From Nannocystales bacterium (GTDB lineage Bacteria > Myxococcota_A > Polyangia > Nannocystales > Nannocystaceae): DNA of 64,000 nt. Made by a program: the position numbers and the translations under genes. The number at the start of each line of letters is the position of its first letter. Within the stretch, counting starts at the first letter, position 1. The notes under the pieces were generated by a model that was not told the DNA's origin, did no database searches, and saw only the letters and a program-made list of their open reading frames with translations. This document shows, one piece after another, positions 1 through 10,872 of this stretch. The stretch covers positions 224,001-288,000 of the forward strand of contig JBOEGF010000043.1 in the NCBI GenBank assembly GCA_050633305.1. Reading direction: 5' to 3'.

Positions 1-90
1 ACGACGGACCCGCACGAGGTAGTGGGATTCCTGTGGACTCAGCGTCAACGGACCGAGTTCGCTCGGAGACGCAAAAACACGAACGCTCAT
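1..90 (-). CDS. rsmE: 16S rRNA m3U1498 methyltransferase RsmE, N-terminal part (runs off window)
   Basis: Manual translation MSVRVFASPSELGPLTLSPQESHYLVRVRR resembles the RsmE N-terminus (HxxRVxR). ATG overlaps the prmA stop (ATGA), and prmA-rsmE is a common pair. Confidence 0.7.
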   Translation of the reverse strand, partial: MSVRVFASPSELGPLTLSPQESHYLVRVRR

Positions 91-1028
91 GGGAGCACGA
101 GGTCGAGCGCACTCCAGGTATCGAGATGACGGCGGCCACCTCCGGCGCGGGTGTCGAGCTCAAACCCGGCGGCCTCGTAGGCGTGCCAGACGCTGTCGAG
201 TTCTTCGCCAAGAATCCCGCTGACCGTGAGGGTCGCGCCGGAGGCGAGTCGGTCCCGGAGTTGCGGGGCAGCGGGGATGAGCACGATCGGGCGAATGTTG
301 GCGACGACCAGGTCGAACCGCTCGGCGGCGAGTGCCTCGAGGATTCCGGTTTGGACTTTGATTCGCCCCGTCAAACCCGCGTCTTCGATGTTCTCGGAGG
401 TTGTGTCCGTCGCCTCGGGGTCGATGTCGACCGCCAGCATGCGTTCGGCGCCCTCGAACAGTCGAGCCGCCGCCATGGAGAGCACACCCGAGCCGCAGCC
501 CAGGTCGAAGACCGATGCGGGCTGCAGACCGTGCCGGGCCAGTGCGCAGAGCCGGTGCAGGCACAGTTGAGTGGTCTGGTGCAGGCCGGTTCCGAAGGCG
601 CGCCCGGGATCGATCACCACCTCGAGCTCTGGGTCGCCCGGCTGTCGTTCGATCCAGCTGGGCCGCAGGAGCAGTTGGTGTTCGCCGAAGGTGAGCGGCT
701 TGTAGAAGGCCTTCCACGCGTCTTTCCACTCCTCGTCGTCTCGAACCTCGGCGCGGGTTGTCCCGGTGAGACCGAAGCTGCTCAGCAGCTCAGCGACCAC
801 GCCGTGCAGTGTCTCGATGCCGTCTGGACGCGTGTAGACGCAGAGTCGTGGGCGCTGGGTGGGGCTCTCGGCGGCGGTGAAACTCTGCACGCCGCTGACC
901 TCCTCGCGCATGGCCAGGATGGCTCCGAGCTCGTCGAGTGCGGCCGTTGCCTCGCGCAGCGCGTCGAGTTCGATGGGTCCTTGGGCAAGGTCGACCCACA
1001 CGATGGCCCACTGAGAGGTGTCGGACAT
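87..1028 (-). CDS. prmA: 50S ribosomal protein L11 methyltransferase
   Basis: IDPGRAFGTGLHQTT, DLGCGSGVL, AVDIDP and DLVVANI motifs. Start placed at MSDTSQ (1028); the ORF extension to 2195 is antisense to the bestrophin gene. Confidence 0.92.
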   Translation of the reverse strand: MSDTSQWAIVWVDLAQGPIELDALREATAALDELGAILAMREEVSGVQSFTAAESPTQRPRLCVYTRPDGIETLHGVVAELLSSFGLTGTTRAEVRDDEEWKDAWKAFYKPLTFGEHQLLLRPSWIERQPGDPELEVVIDPGRAFGTGLHQTTQLCLHRLCALARHGLQPASVFDLGCGSGVLSMAAARLFEGAERMLAVDIDPEATDTTSENIEDAGLTGRIKVQTGILEALAAERFDLVVANIRPIVLIPAAPQLRDRLASGATLTVSGILGEELDSVWHAYEAAGFELDTRAGGGRRHLDTWSALDLVLP

Positions 1029-1091
1029 GGGCGCCACAGTGGCACAGATTGAGGGTGTCGGGACCGCCGGGACTCGCGCTAGACATGACCT

Positions 1092-2120
1092 GTGATTTCC
1101 ACCCGCCGACTCCCACTTCGCATTGTGTTGCAGATCGGTGCCCTCGTCGTGGGCATGTCCTCGTTGTGGGCGTTCGCCGTATTTGCGATGTACGCCTACG
1201 CCGGGCTGACGTTCATTCGGGTGCCGTTCTTGCCCATCGCGACCATTGGAACTGCGGTGGCGTTCTATGTCGGATTTAAGAACAACGCCGCGTACGAGCG
1301 ATTCTGGGAGGGGCGGAAGATTTGGGGAGGCATCGTGAACGCGAGCCGAAGCTGGGCGACCGCGGTGCTCGCGTACATCGGGCCTGGCGACGAGTCCGAG
1401 GAGTCTGTCGCGCATCGCAAGTTGCTCGTCTACCGTCAGTTGGCGTGGATCAATGCTTTGCGTCTTCAGCTGCGGCGGACGTCGCGACTGTTCGACAAGC
1501 CTGCTCGAGCCACCAAGCGTCGGCTCGAGGCGCACGGCGACGCGATGCGCAACGATTGGGACCGCGAGCTCGCGCCGTTTCTTGGGGAGGACGAGCTTGC
1601 AGAACTCTCGAACCGGAAGAACACGGCCACCCATGTTCTTCAGCGGCAGGCGGGGCTGCTCGCTGAACTCGTCCGGAGCAAGCGTCTCGACCTGTTCCAC
1701 CAGATCGCGTTGATGGAGCTGATCACGGAGATGTACACGCTGCAGGGGAAAGCTGAGCGCATCAAGAACACCCCGTTCCCGCGTCAGTACGCGGAGTACA
1801 GCCGCATCTTCACGCGGGCGTTCGTGTTCTTGGTGCCGTTCGGGCTGCTCGATGTCTTCGCCGACCATATCGATGCGGCGACGGGTGCCACCGAGAACCT
1901 CATCTTGCTGATCCCCATGCTGCTTTCCGCCGGCCTGGTCAGCTGGGTCTTCATCACCATGGAGGGCATCGGGGACGCCAGTGAGGACCCATTCGAACGC
2001 AGCATGAATGACGTACCGATGAACGCGCTGTGTCGGACCATCGAGATTGACCTTCGCGAACTCCTCGGTGAGACGGACCTGCCGCAGAAGGAGGAGGCGG
2101 TCGGGAGGGTCTTGTACTAG
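1092..2120 (+). CDS. Bestrophin family (YneE-like) ion channel
   Basis: FKNNAAYERFWEGRKIWG, ERIKNTPFPRQY and EDPFE...NDVPMNALCRTIEIDL motifs; several TM segments. Confidence 0.9.
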   Translation: MISTRRLPLRIVLQIGALVVGMSSLWAFAVFAMYAYAGLTFIRVPFLPIATIGTAVAFYVGFKNNAAYERFWEGRKIWGGIVNASRSWATAVLAYIGPGDESEESVAHRKLLVYRQLAWINALRLQLRRTSRLFDKPARATKRRLEAHGDAMRNDWDRELAPFLGEDELAELSNRKNTATHVLQRQAGLLAELVRSKRLDLFHQIALMELITEMYTLQGKAERIKNTPFPRQYAEYSRIFTRAFVFLVPFGLLDVFADHIDAATGATENLILLIPMLLSAGLVSWVFITMEGIGDASEDPFERSMNDVPMNALCRTIEIDLRELLGETDLPQKEEAVGRVLY

Positions 2121-2283
2121 CGCCCATCCGCGCACCTCGTCACGGCGCCTCGCCGGTCGTTTGGGGTCCGATGGCGTTGCCGCGAAACCTTGCAATACTC
2201 GGTTCGGCTCTGCTGCCTAGCCCGCCGTCCCAGTCCTTCGGGAGTCCCCACGACGAGGTGAGCGGACGCCGCCTCATCCAACG

Positions 2284-2319
2284 AAAAAGCCCCGCAGTCC
2301 AAGCGGGACTGACGGGGCT
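2284..2319 (-). terminator. Rho-independent terminator of the atp operon
   Basis: Imperfect hairpin AGCCCCGCAGTCC..GGACTGACGGGGCT followed by a T run on the minus strand, about 25 nt after the atpC stop. Confidence 0.7.
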
Positions 2320-2344
2320 CGTCGTTCGAGCGAGGGGAGGGCGT

Positions 2345-2755
2345 TCAGCCGCCCGCGCGCACCTGGGCATCAGCCCAAGCCCAGCGGTCGTGAAGCGCTC
2401 GGTACTCAGGCGCGTCGACCGAAGCCTTGTACGCGTCGAGTTCCTTGCGAGCCTCGTCGCGCTCGGTCGTGGCGGCGGCCACGTCGACCTTGCCCGATTC
2501 GATGGCGCGCTCGACGAGGACCACCATGCGGCCGGCTTCTTTCACTTCGAGGAAGCCCGACCCCACCGCGATGCGCACGGAGTTGTTGCCTTCCTTGAAG
2601 CGGATGACGCCGGCGGTGACGGCGGTGACGAGCGACTCGTGGTGCGGAAGCAGCCCGAGCTCGCCTTGGATGCCGGGCACTTCCACGCCTGCGACCTCGA
2701 TGCCTTCGCGCACCGCGCCCAGGGGGGTGAGGATGTCGAGTTTGACGTCAGCCAT
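2345..2755 (-). CDS. atpC: ATP synthase F1 epsilon subunit
   Basis: LDILTP, PGIQGELGLLPHH and SGFLEV motifs; last gene of the operon. Confidence 0.95.
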   Translation of the reverse strand: MADVKLDILTPLGAVREGIEVAGVEVPGIQGELGLLPHHESLVTAVTAGVIRFKEGNNSVRIAVGSGFLEVKEAGRMVVLVERAIESGKVDVAAATTERDEARKELDAYKASVDAPEYRALHDRWAWADAQVRAGG

Positions 2756-2786
2756 CGTGCTCTAGCTCCGTGAGATGCAACGAGGA

Positions 2787-4394
<1,608 letters not shown>

Positions 4395-5336
4395 CTAGCC
4401 CTTGAGGGCTTCGGCGCCGCCGATGATTTCCATCAGCTCGCTGGTGATGGCGGCCTGTCGCTCTCGGTTGTACTCGAGGGTGAGGTCCGCGATGAGTTCG
4501 GATGCGTTGTCGGTGGCGGCATCCATCGCCACGCGCCGGGCTGCAACTTCGGCGGCCACGGAGTTGAACATCGCCTGCTGCAGCATCGACTCGATAGTCA
4601 CGGGCACGAGGTGCTCGAGAATCTCGCCGCGGCCAGGCTCAAAGATGGGCTCGCGCTGGAACGTGCCAGCGTGGTCCTCGGAGCCTTCGTCCGCAGCCGC
4701 CGGCTGAAGTGGGCAAAGCTGGTTGGGCGTCACCTCTTGGGTCAGGACGCTGACGAAGTGGTTGTAGAACAGAACCACCTTGTTCGGCTTCTTCGACCGC
4801 TCTTCGTCGGTCATGCCCTCGGCGGTTCCCAGGAACCGACCGGTGGCTTCGGCAGCGACAGCCTTGCTCAGCGAGACGATCGTATCGAGCGTCGGAGCGT
4901 CGTGCGTCCCGATGAGCCCTTCGTCACGAGAGAAGAAGCTGTTGCCCTTCTTGCCGATGGTGATCAGCGACGCGGTGTGCCCCGCTTCTCGGTCGGCGCG
5001 CAGCGTCGCGAGCACCTTGCGGTGGATGTTGCCGTTGAACCCGCCACACAAGCCCTTGTCGGCGGTCATGGCGATGTACAGGGTGTGATCGCCGCCAGCC
5101 TCTTTCGAGGCGCGTTCTTCGAGCAACGGATGCGCGGTGGAACGCTCAGCGGGGTCGATCCCCCCGATGAGGTGGGCGACGACCTCTTGCAGCCGCTCGC
5201 CGTAGGGGCGAGCAGCCAGCGCAGCGTTCTGCGCTCTGCGCAGCCGCGCGGTCGCGATCTGAGACATCGCGGAGGTGATCTTCCGCGTGTTCTTGACCGA
5301 GCCGATACGCAGCCGCAGCTCTTTGAGGTTGGCCAT
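4395..5336 (-). CDS. atpG: ATP synthase F1 gamma subunit
   Basis: KITSAM, DKGLCGGFN, RQAAITSELMEIIGGAEAL. Confidence 0.97.
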   Translation of the reverse strand: MANLKELRLRIGSVKNTRKITSAMSQIATARLRRAQNAALAARPYGERLQEVVAHLIGGIDPAERSTAHPLLEERASKEAGGDHTLYIAMTADKGLCGGFNGNIHRKVLATLRADREAGHTASLITIGKKGNSFFSRDEGLIGTHDAPTLDTIVSLSKAVAAEATGRFLGTAEGMTDEERSKKPNKVVLFYNHFVSVLTQEVTPNQLCPLQPAAADEGSEDHAGTFQREPIFEPGRGEILEHLVPVTIESMLQQAMFNSVAAEVAARRVAMDAATDNASELIADLTLEYNRERQAAITSELMEIIGGAEALKG

Positions 5337-5371
5337 GGGTTGAAACTCCTTGTCGCAGGTACGAGAGGGGC

Positions 5372-6886
5372 TCAGCCCTTGAAGACGGTCTTGAACTTGT
5401 CGAGGGCCTCGGCGAGCTCTTTCTCAAGAGCTTTGACGTCGGGCTTCTTCTTCGCGGTGCGAACCTTCTCGAGAAGGTCAGCGCGGTCCTCTTGCATCCA
5501 CGTGTGCATCTCTGCCTCGTAGGTGCCGACTTGGCTGATCTCGAGCTCGTCGAGGTAGCCCTTGGTACCAGCGTAGATCGAGGCGACCTGCAGGGCGACG
5601 TCGAGCGGAGCGTACTGGCCCTGCTTGAGCAGCTCGACCAGACGAGCGCCTCGGTTCAGCTTGGCGCGGGTCGCTTTGTCGAGGTCGGAGGCGAACTGCG
5701 AGAACGCTTCGAGCTCGCGGTACGCGGCCAACTCCAGGCGCAGCGTACCGGCGTATTTCTTCATGGCCGGGATCTGGGCGGAGCCACCGACGCGGGACAC
5801 CGAGAGGCCGACGTTGACCGCCGGGCGAATGCCGCGGTGGAACAACTGGGACTCCAGGTAGATCTGGCCGTCGGTGATCGAGATGACGTTGGTCGGGATG
5901 TACGCCGAGACGTCGCCCGCTTGGGTCTCGATGATGGGAAGGGCGGTCAGCGAACCAGCGCCTTCTTTATCGGAGAGCTTGCACGCCCGCTCGAGGAGCC
6001 GGCTGTGCACGAAGAACACATCTCCGGGGTACGCCTCGCGGCCCGGTGGGCGACGAAGAAGCAGCGAGAGCTGACGGTAGGCAACGGCCTGCTTGGACAG
6101 GTCATCGTAGACCAGCAGTGCGTGGCCGCCGTTGTCGCGGAAGTGCTCGCCGATGGTCACGCCCGTGTAGGGGGCGAGGTACTGCAGCGGCGCGGGCTCG
6201 GAGCTGGTCGACGCAACGACGATGGAGTACTCCATCGCGCCGGCCTTCTCGAGACGGTCAACCACACTCGCCACCGTCGACTGCTTCTGGCCGATGGCGA
6301 CGTAGACGCAGATCATGTTCTGCCCCTTCTGGTTGAGAATCGTGTCGATCGCGATCGCGGTCTTTCCGGTCTGGCGGTCGCCGATGATCAGCTCTCGCTG
6401 GCCACGACCGATGGGGATCATCGAGTCGATGGCTTTCATGCCGGTCTGCATCGGCTCGTGAACGGACTTCCGCTCAATGATGCCGGGCGCCTTCATCTCG
6501 ATGACCGCGGTCTTGTCGGTCTCGATGGGACCTTTGCCGTCGATGGGCTGACCCAGAGCGTTGACGACGCGGCCGATCATCGCCTCGCCCACGGGGACGG
6601 ACATGATCTTGCCGGTGCGCTTGGCTTCGTCGCCTTCTCGGACGAGGTGGCCGTCACCCAGGAGTGCAACGCCGACGTTGCCTTCCTCGAGGTTGAGCAC
6701 GAGTCCCGTCACGTCGTGCGGGAAGGCGAGGAGCTCGCCCGCCATCGCGTTGGCGAGGCCATCGACTCGGGCGATGCCGTCGCCGACCGTGAGCACGGTG
6801 CCGGTTTCTTGAACAGAGAGGCTCGCGTCGTAGCCCTCGACCTGCTCGCGGATGATTCGACTGATTTCGTCGGCGCGGATTTCCAT
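5372..6886 (-). CDS. atpA: ATP synthase F1 alpha subunit
   Basis: [35 protein letters not shown]. Confidence 0.98.
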   Translation of the reverse strand: MEIRADEISRIIREQVEGYDASLSVQETGTVLTVGDGIARVDGLANAMAGELLAFPHDVTGLVLNLEEGNVGVALLGDGHLVREGDEAKRTGKIMSVPVGEAMIGRVVNALGQPIDGKGPIETDKTAVIEMKAPGIIERKSVHEPMQTGMKAIDSMIPIGRGQRELIIGDRQTGKTAIAIDTILNQKGQNMICVYVAIGQKQSTVASVVDRLEKAGAMEYSIVVASTSSEPAPLQYLAPYTGVTIGEHFRDNGGHALLVYDDLSKQAVAYRQLSLLLRRPPGREAYPGDVFFVHSRLLERACKLSDKEGAGSLTALPIIETQAGDVSAYIPTNVISITDGQIYLESQLFHRGIRPAVNVGLSVSRVGGSAQIPAMKKYAGTLRLELAAYRELEAFSQFASDLDKATRAKLNRGARLVELLKQGQYAPLDVALQVASIYAGTKGYLDELEISQVGTYEAEMHTWMQEDRADLLEKVRTAKKKPDVKALEKELAEALDKFKTVFKG

Positions 6887-6936
6887 GTGCTGTCCGTCTG
6901 TGGGGTCCGTTGGTTGGGTCCGATTCCAGGAATCGA

Positions 6937-7488
6937 CTAGGCCCGGAGCTCGTTGCGGAGCTGGGCAAGGGTGGCGCGGACGCTGCCGTCGAGGACGAAG
7001 CTTCCGACTTTGACCGCGACGCCACCGATGAGCTCGGGGTCGACGCTTTGCGTGGTGACGACCTGCTTGCCGGTCGCCTGGGAAAGAGCGGTCTTGATCT
7101 TGGCGACGGCGTCCATCGGGAGCGGCGACGCCGAAGTGATGTGTGCCTGCACGCGGCCGGCGTCATCGTCGGCCATGCGCTGGTACGCGCTGGCGATCTG
7201 GCTGATGCCGTCGATGCGACCGTTGCTGAGCACGACGTCGACGAACTTGGTGACGGTTGGGTCTGCAGCGACGCGGCGGCCAAAGGTGGCCGCAAGCTTC
7301 TGTCGTTGCTCAAGCGGGAATCGGTCCGCCGTGAGCACGGACAGCACGCTGGCGCCGTCCTTGTCGCGCTGGCGAAGGATGTTGGAGAGACCCAAGAGGT
7401 CCTTGGCGAACTTGTCGCGTTGGGCGGGGCTCTTGGCGAGCCCGATGAGGGCCCGTGCGTAGCGTCGTGCGAGTGCGCCTGGGATCAT
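6937..7488 (-). CDS. atpH: ATP synthase F1 delta subunit
   Basis: ARRYARAL and [17 protein letters not shown] motifs; operon position. Confidence 0.93.
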   Translation of the reverse strand: MIPGALARRYARALIGLAKSPAQRDKFAKDLLGLSNILRQRDKDGASVLSVLTADRFPLEQRQKLAATFGRRVAADPTVTKFVDVVLSNGRIDGISQIASAYQRMADDDAGRVQAHITSASPLPMDAVAKIKTALSQATGKQVVTTQSVDPELIGGVAVKVGSFVLDGSVRATLAQLRNELRA

Positions 7489-8213
7489 GCTGCACCTCCG
7501 GAATCGGCGGAGTTCGTGGTGGTGGTGGCTTGGCCGGGCGAGCCCAGCTTCATGCCACCGAGGCCCTGAACGTAGTCGTCCACCATGCGCCGCTGGTCGC
7601 CCGCGGCGATGGTCTTGCGGATCGCGGCTTCGGCTCGCTCCAGCGCCCGGTCGAGAATCTCGTTCTCCAGCGCCTTGCGCCGACCCTCGGCATCACGCTC
7701 GGCCGCAGCTTTGGCGGAGTCCTTGATGCGCTGAGCTTCGGCCTCGGCAGCCTCGATGATGCTCTTGCGATCGTTCTCCGCGCGCTTCTTGGCGTCGGCC
7801 TTGAGCTCCGCGATCTCGTCGTCGAGCTTCTCCATGCGCCCGCGGTACTCGGCGATGATGCTCGAGGCTTCGTCGTGCGCGGCCGTAGCCTTCTCGAGCG
7901 AGGCCTTGATGTCGTCGTGTTTGGCGGCGGTCTTCTTCCGCAGCGGGATGAAGAGCAGTTTGTTGAGGATGAACATCAACGCGGCGAAGTTGATGAGCAG
8001 CCAGAGAATGCCGGTCTTCTCCTCGCCCGCGAACGGGTCGTTGAAGAAGACGATGCCGCCGTCGTGGGCATCGGCGTGTCCGCCCGCGTCGGCGTGGCCT
8101 TCTGGTGCGCCGTGCGCAGGTGCAGCCGCGTAGGCGAGCGCCGGAAGCAAGAATGATGCGGCGACTGCAGTCGCGTGCGTCAGGGTTCGCTGAATGGGGT
8201 GGATGCGATTCAC
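7485..8213 (-). CDS. atpF: ATP synthase F0 subunit b (with N-terminal extension)
   Basis: TM segment WLLINFAALMFIL followed by a long charged coiled coil; overlaps the atpH start. Confidence 0.85.
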   Translation of the reverse strand: MNRIHPIQRTLTHATAVAASFLLPALAYAAAPAHGAPEGHADAGGHADAHDGGIVFFNDPFAGEEKTGILWLLINFAALMFILNKLLFIPLRKKTAAKHDDIKASLEKATAAHDEASSIIAEYRGRMEKLDDEIAELKADAKKRAENDRKSIIEAAEAEAQRIKDSAKAAAERDAEGRRKALENEILDRALERAEAAIRKTIAAGDQRRMVDDYVQGLGGMKLGSPGQATTTTNSADSGGAA

Positions 8214-8689
8214 GACGCCCTCCCGAGGACTTTTGCTGTGATCTGGTCGGCGAGTTCGTCGACCTTACCGCCGAGTGCCTCGCGGGCCTTGTCGGTCTCG
8301 GCTGCGATGCGCACGCGGTTGTCGTCGAGCTCTTTGCTGGCCGAGGCTCGAGCGCTGGCCAAGGTCTTGGCCTGCGTCGCTTCTTCTTCGCGTCGCATGT
8401 GCGAGCGCATGGTCAGGGCTTCGTCGCGGGCGGCGGCCAGCTTCGTGTCGTAGTCCGATGACAGTTCATCGGCTTCGGTACGGAGTGACTTCGCTTTGTC
8501 GAAGGCGCCGTCGATCGAGGCGACTCGCTTCGCTTGTGCTTCGAGCCATGGCGTGAAGAGCACGGGCTTGAGCACGAGGACGAGGGCACCGAAGATGCCC
8601 ATCTGGACGAAGATCGTCGCGTCGATGTCGACCACCGGAAAGGCGGCGAGCAGCGCGGGAGCGGAGGTGAGCAGAGTGAGAGGCGACAT
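8210..8689 (-). CDS. ATP synthase F0 subunit b'
   Basis: DATIFVQMGIFGALVLVLKPVLFTP TM plus coiled coil; second b-type gene. Start taken at MSPLT. Confidence 0.85.
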   Translation of the reverse strand: MSPLTLLTSAPALLAAFPVVDIDATIFVQMGIFGALVLVLKPVLFTPWLEAQAKRVASIDGAFDKAKSLRTEADELSSDYDTKLAAARDEALTMRSHMRREEEATQAKTLASARASASKELDDNRVRIAAETDKAREALGGKVDELADQITAKVLGRAS

Positions 8690-8815
8690 GGCGTCGGGCT
8701 TGCGCGGCCGGGCTAGCCCCGAAAAGGCTCGGGGACGGATGGTCGACGAGTCGTCGAGCAAAGGCGGTTGGGCAAAAGCCCCAAAAAGCCGCCTCAGGCC
8801 TCTGTAGGCGCGCGG

Positions 8816-8844
8816 TAGCTACCATGGGTGTTTGGCACCGTCAA
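8816..8844 (-). promoter_or_regulatory. Putative sigma70-type promoter of the atp operon
   Basis: TTGACG-N17-TAGCTA on the minus strand; same -35 hexamer as the tRNA and lexA promoters. Confidence 0.5.
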
Positions 8845-8937
8845 CGCTGTCAGGGCCTCCGCGGCGACCGCTCACAGGGCGCTTGCGCACGTATGAGAGA
8901 TCGCTCCGGTCCCTGCTTCAGGCCCGGGCGGGCGAGA

Positions 8938-9360
8938 TCAATCTGCGGGGCTGGCTTCGGGGCTGGGCTCGGCCCCGGATTCCAAATCCGCGTCGTTTGC
9001 GACCGGGGCGTCGGCAGCCCCCTCGGCCGGGCTGTCTTCGTCCATGATGCAGCTGCCGTCGAAACGCGCTCCCTTCTCGATTTCGACGCTGGGGCTCGCG
9101 ATGTTGCCGCGGACCCTAGCCGGGGTGCGCAGCTCAACCGCCTCCAAGGCGCGAATATCTCCATGAACCGCGCCGTGGACCACGACGTGCGCGCCTTCGA
9201 TCTCCGCGCGGATGTCCGCGGTCTCCCCGACGATCAGGGTTCCTTGGGTGCGGATCTCTCCCTTGAACGCTCCATCAATGCGGACCGCGCCTTCGAAGGT
9301 GAGCTTTCCTTCGAACGAACTGCCCTGGCCGAGAATGGTCGTGATCTCCGGGGTACTCAT
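8938..9360 (-). CDS. Bactofilin (polymer-forming cytoskeletal protein)
   Basis: TTILGQGSSFEGKLTFEGAVRIDG...GNIASPSVEIEKGARFDGSCIM beta-helix repeats. Confidence 0.92.
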   Translation of the reverse strand: MSTPEITTILGQGSSFEGKLTFEGAVRIDGAFKGEIRTQGTLIVGETADIRAEIEGAHVVVHGAVHGDIRALEAVELRTPARVRGNIASPSVEIEKGARFDGSCIMDEDSPAEGAADAPVANDADLESGAEPSPEASPAD

Positions 9361-9567
9361 GTGCGTCCCAATTGTGGACGAATCGGCCCACGCTTCCGGT
9401 GCGCAGTGTGGCGGAGATCGGCTGCAACGCCAACCCGGGCAGGTGCACAGGCCTGAATGGCTGCGACGAGCGAGCCGTGGTCGTCCCGGACGGCCCGGGT
9501 GTTCAATCTGTCTCTCCGCGCCGTTTTCCGTGGCGTATCGTCTTCAGTTCCCATAGGCTGCGAACCG

Positions 9568-10605
9568 GTGGGGCTCAAGCCCGAGGACAGCGCCGAGCAG
9601 GCGGTCGTCAGCAATGGCGGCGCGCAAGCGGCGCAAGACGGTAACAATCCGACGGCGTTGCTCGCGGGATGCTTCGAGCGCGCACGTCCGGTGTTGCGTG
9701 CGCTCGTGGCGGGTGTCGACGAGGGCGATTCACTCGTCGTCGCGACCGACCGCAAGGGGTTCCCCGTCGCGCAGCGAGTTCTGCGTCGTCCCCGTGACCT
9801 GCCTCGAGCACTGGTGATCGGGCGACACAACCGGTGCGCGCTGTCGATCCCCAACGACAACCGCGTCAGCCTCCGGCACGTCCTCCTCACGGCGTGGCCC
9901 TCGGGCGGCGAAGGGTCTCCCACACGATTCCGCGGCTACGACCTCGGCGGTCGGGCTGGCGTTTTGCTGGCCGACGGCAAGCGCGTGCCCGGGTTCTCCT
10001 TTCAAGGTCATGGGCTGATCAGCCTCGGTCGCACGGTCGTCTTCGTCGTCCCTGGCAGTGAGGAAGGGGTCTCTCTTCTAGAGGGCAGCGACGTGCAGGC
10101 GTTCGAGAACCTCACCGGGCTCGATCCCAACGGAAAAGGGGTTCGACAGGCAGCCGGTGCCGCGGCAGAGCCCGGCGTCGCGCATATCGGTGGCGACGAA
10201 CCGCGCGAGTTCGGCGGGTACCGGGGGCTCGACATGGACGCACGTCCGCAACCGCGAGGCGTATTGCGGTTGCGTTCGACCAAGCCTGCCGGTCGTGGAG
10301 AAGAGGTCCGAGAACTCGACCTCGATTCTCGCCAGCTGCAGCGAGGCTTGCTGATCGGCCGCTACAGCGATCGCTGCTCGCTCGCCGGTCACGGTCGCAA
10401 CCTCTCCCGGGTGCACGCGCTGGTCTCTGAAGAGTCGGCGCGCTCGCTGCTCGTCTACGACTTGGCCAGCACAAATGGTGTCCGTCCCGCCGGAATGACC
10501 GAGGGCCCGAGCCACGCCGTCGTGCGCTTGACCGAAGACAGCCCGGTGATGCTGGGCCACTTCGAGCTGGCTTGGGTGCCGAACCGCGGCGTCAAGCTGC
10601 ATTGA
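9568..10605 (+). CDS. Protein with two FHA-like domains
   Basis: IGRHNRC..VSLRH and IGRYSDRC..LSRVHA..DLASTNG motifs. Start uncertain (GTG 9568 chosen). Confidence 0.7.
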   Translation: MGLKPEDSAEQAVVSNGGAQAAQDGNNPTALLAGCFERARPVLRALVAGVDEGDSLVVATDRKGFPVAQRVLRRPRDLPRALVIGRHNRCALSIPNDNRVSLRHVLLTAWPSGGEGSPTRFRGYDLGGRAGVLLADGKRVPGFSFQGHGLISLGRTVVFVVPGSEEGVSLLEGSDVQAFENLTGLDPNGKGVRQAAGAAAEPGVAHIGGDEPREFGGYRGLDMDARPQPRGVLRLRSTKPAGRGEEVRELDLDSRQLQRGLLIGRYSDRCSLAGHGRNLSRVHALVSEESARSLLVYDLASTNGVRPAGMTEGPSHAVVRLTEDSPVMLGHFELAWVPNRGVKLH

Positions 10606-10692
10606 TCCATACGGAGGGGCCCTCGCGGCCCCTCCCCCAAGCCGATGGCTTGGGACCCCCTCCCCAGCGGTCGCCCGGGTGGGCTCCGCTCG

Positions 10693-10778
10693 CTTCGCTC
10701 GTGCGTCCGGGGGGCTTCGCTCGTGCGTCCGGGGGGCTTCGCTCGTGCGTCCGGGGGCTTCGCTCGTGCGTCCGGGGG
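10693..10778. repeat. Intergenic tandem repeat, 4 x CTTCGCTCGTGCGTCC-G5/6
   Basis: Four identical 16-mers at 10693, 10715, 10737 and 10758 separated by G runs; bracketed by GGGCTCCGCTCGCT at 10681 and 10776. Confidence 0.9.
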
Positions 10779-10872
10779 CTCCGCTCGCTCGATGGGGGGG
10801 GCGCTCTGGTGGGCTTGCGTGGCTTTGCGTGGGGAGACCGCCTTCTGCGGGGTGTGGCTGGTACTGTGAACT

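Noticed and set aside
1029..2195. 702-aa version of prmA
   Set aside because: The extension is antisense to the bestrophin gene; PrmA similarity starts near 1028.
10693..10778. Possible mini-CRISPR array
   Set aside because: Repeats are 16 bp separated only by G runs; no unique spacers and no cas genes.
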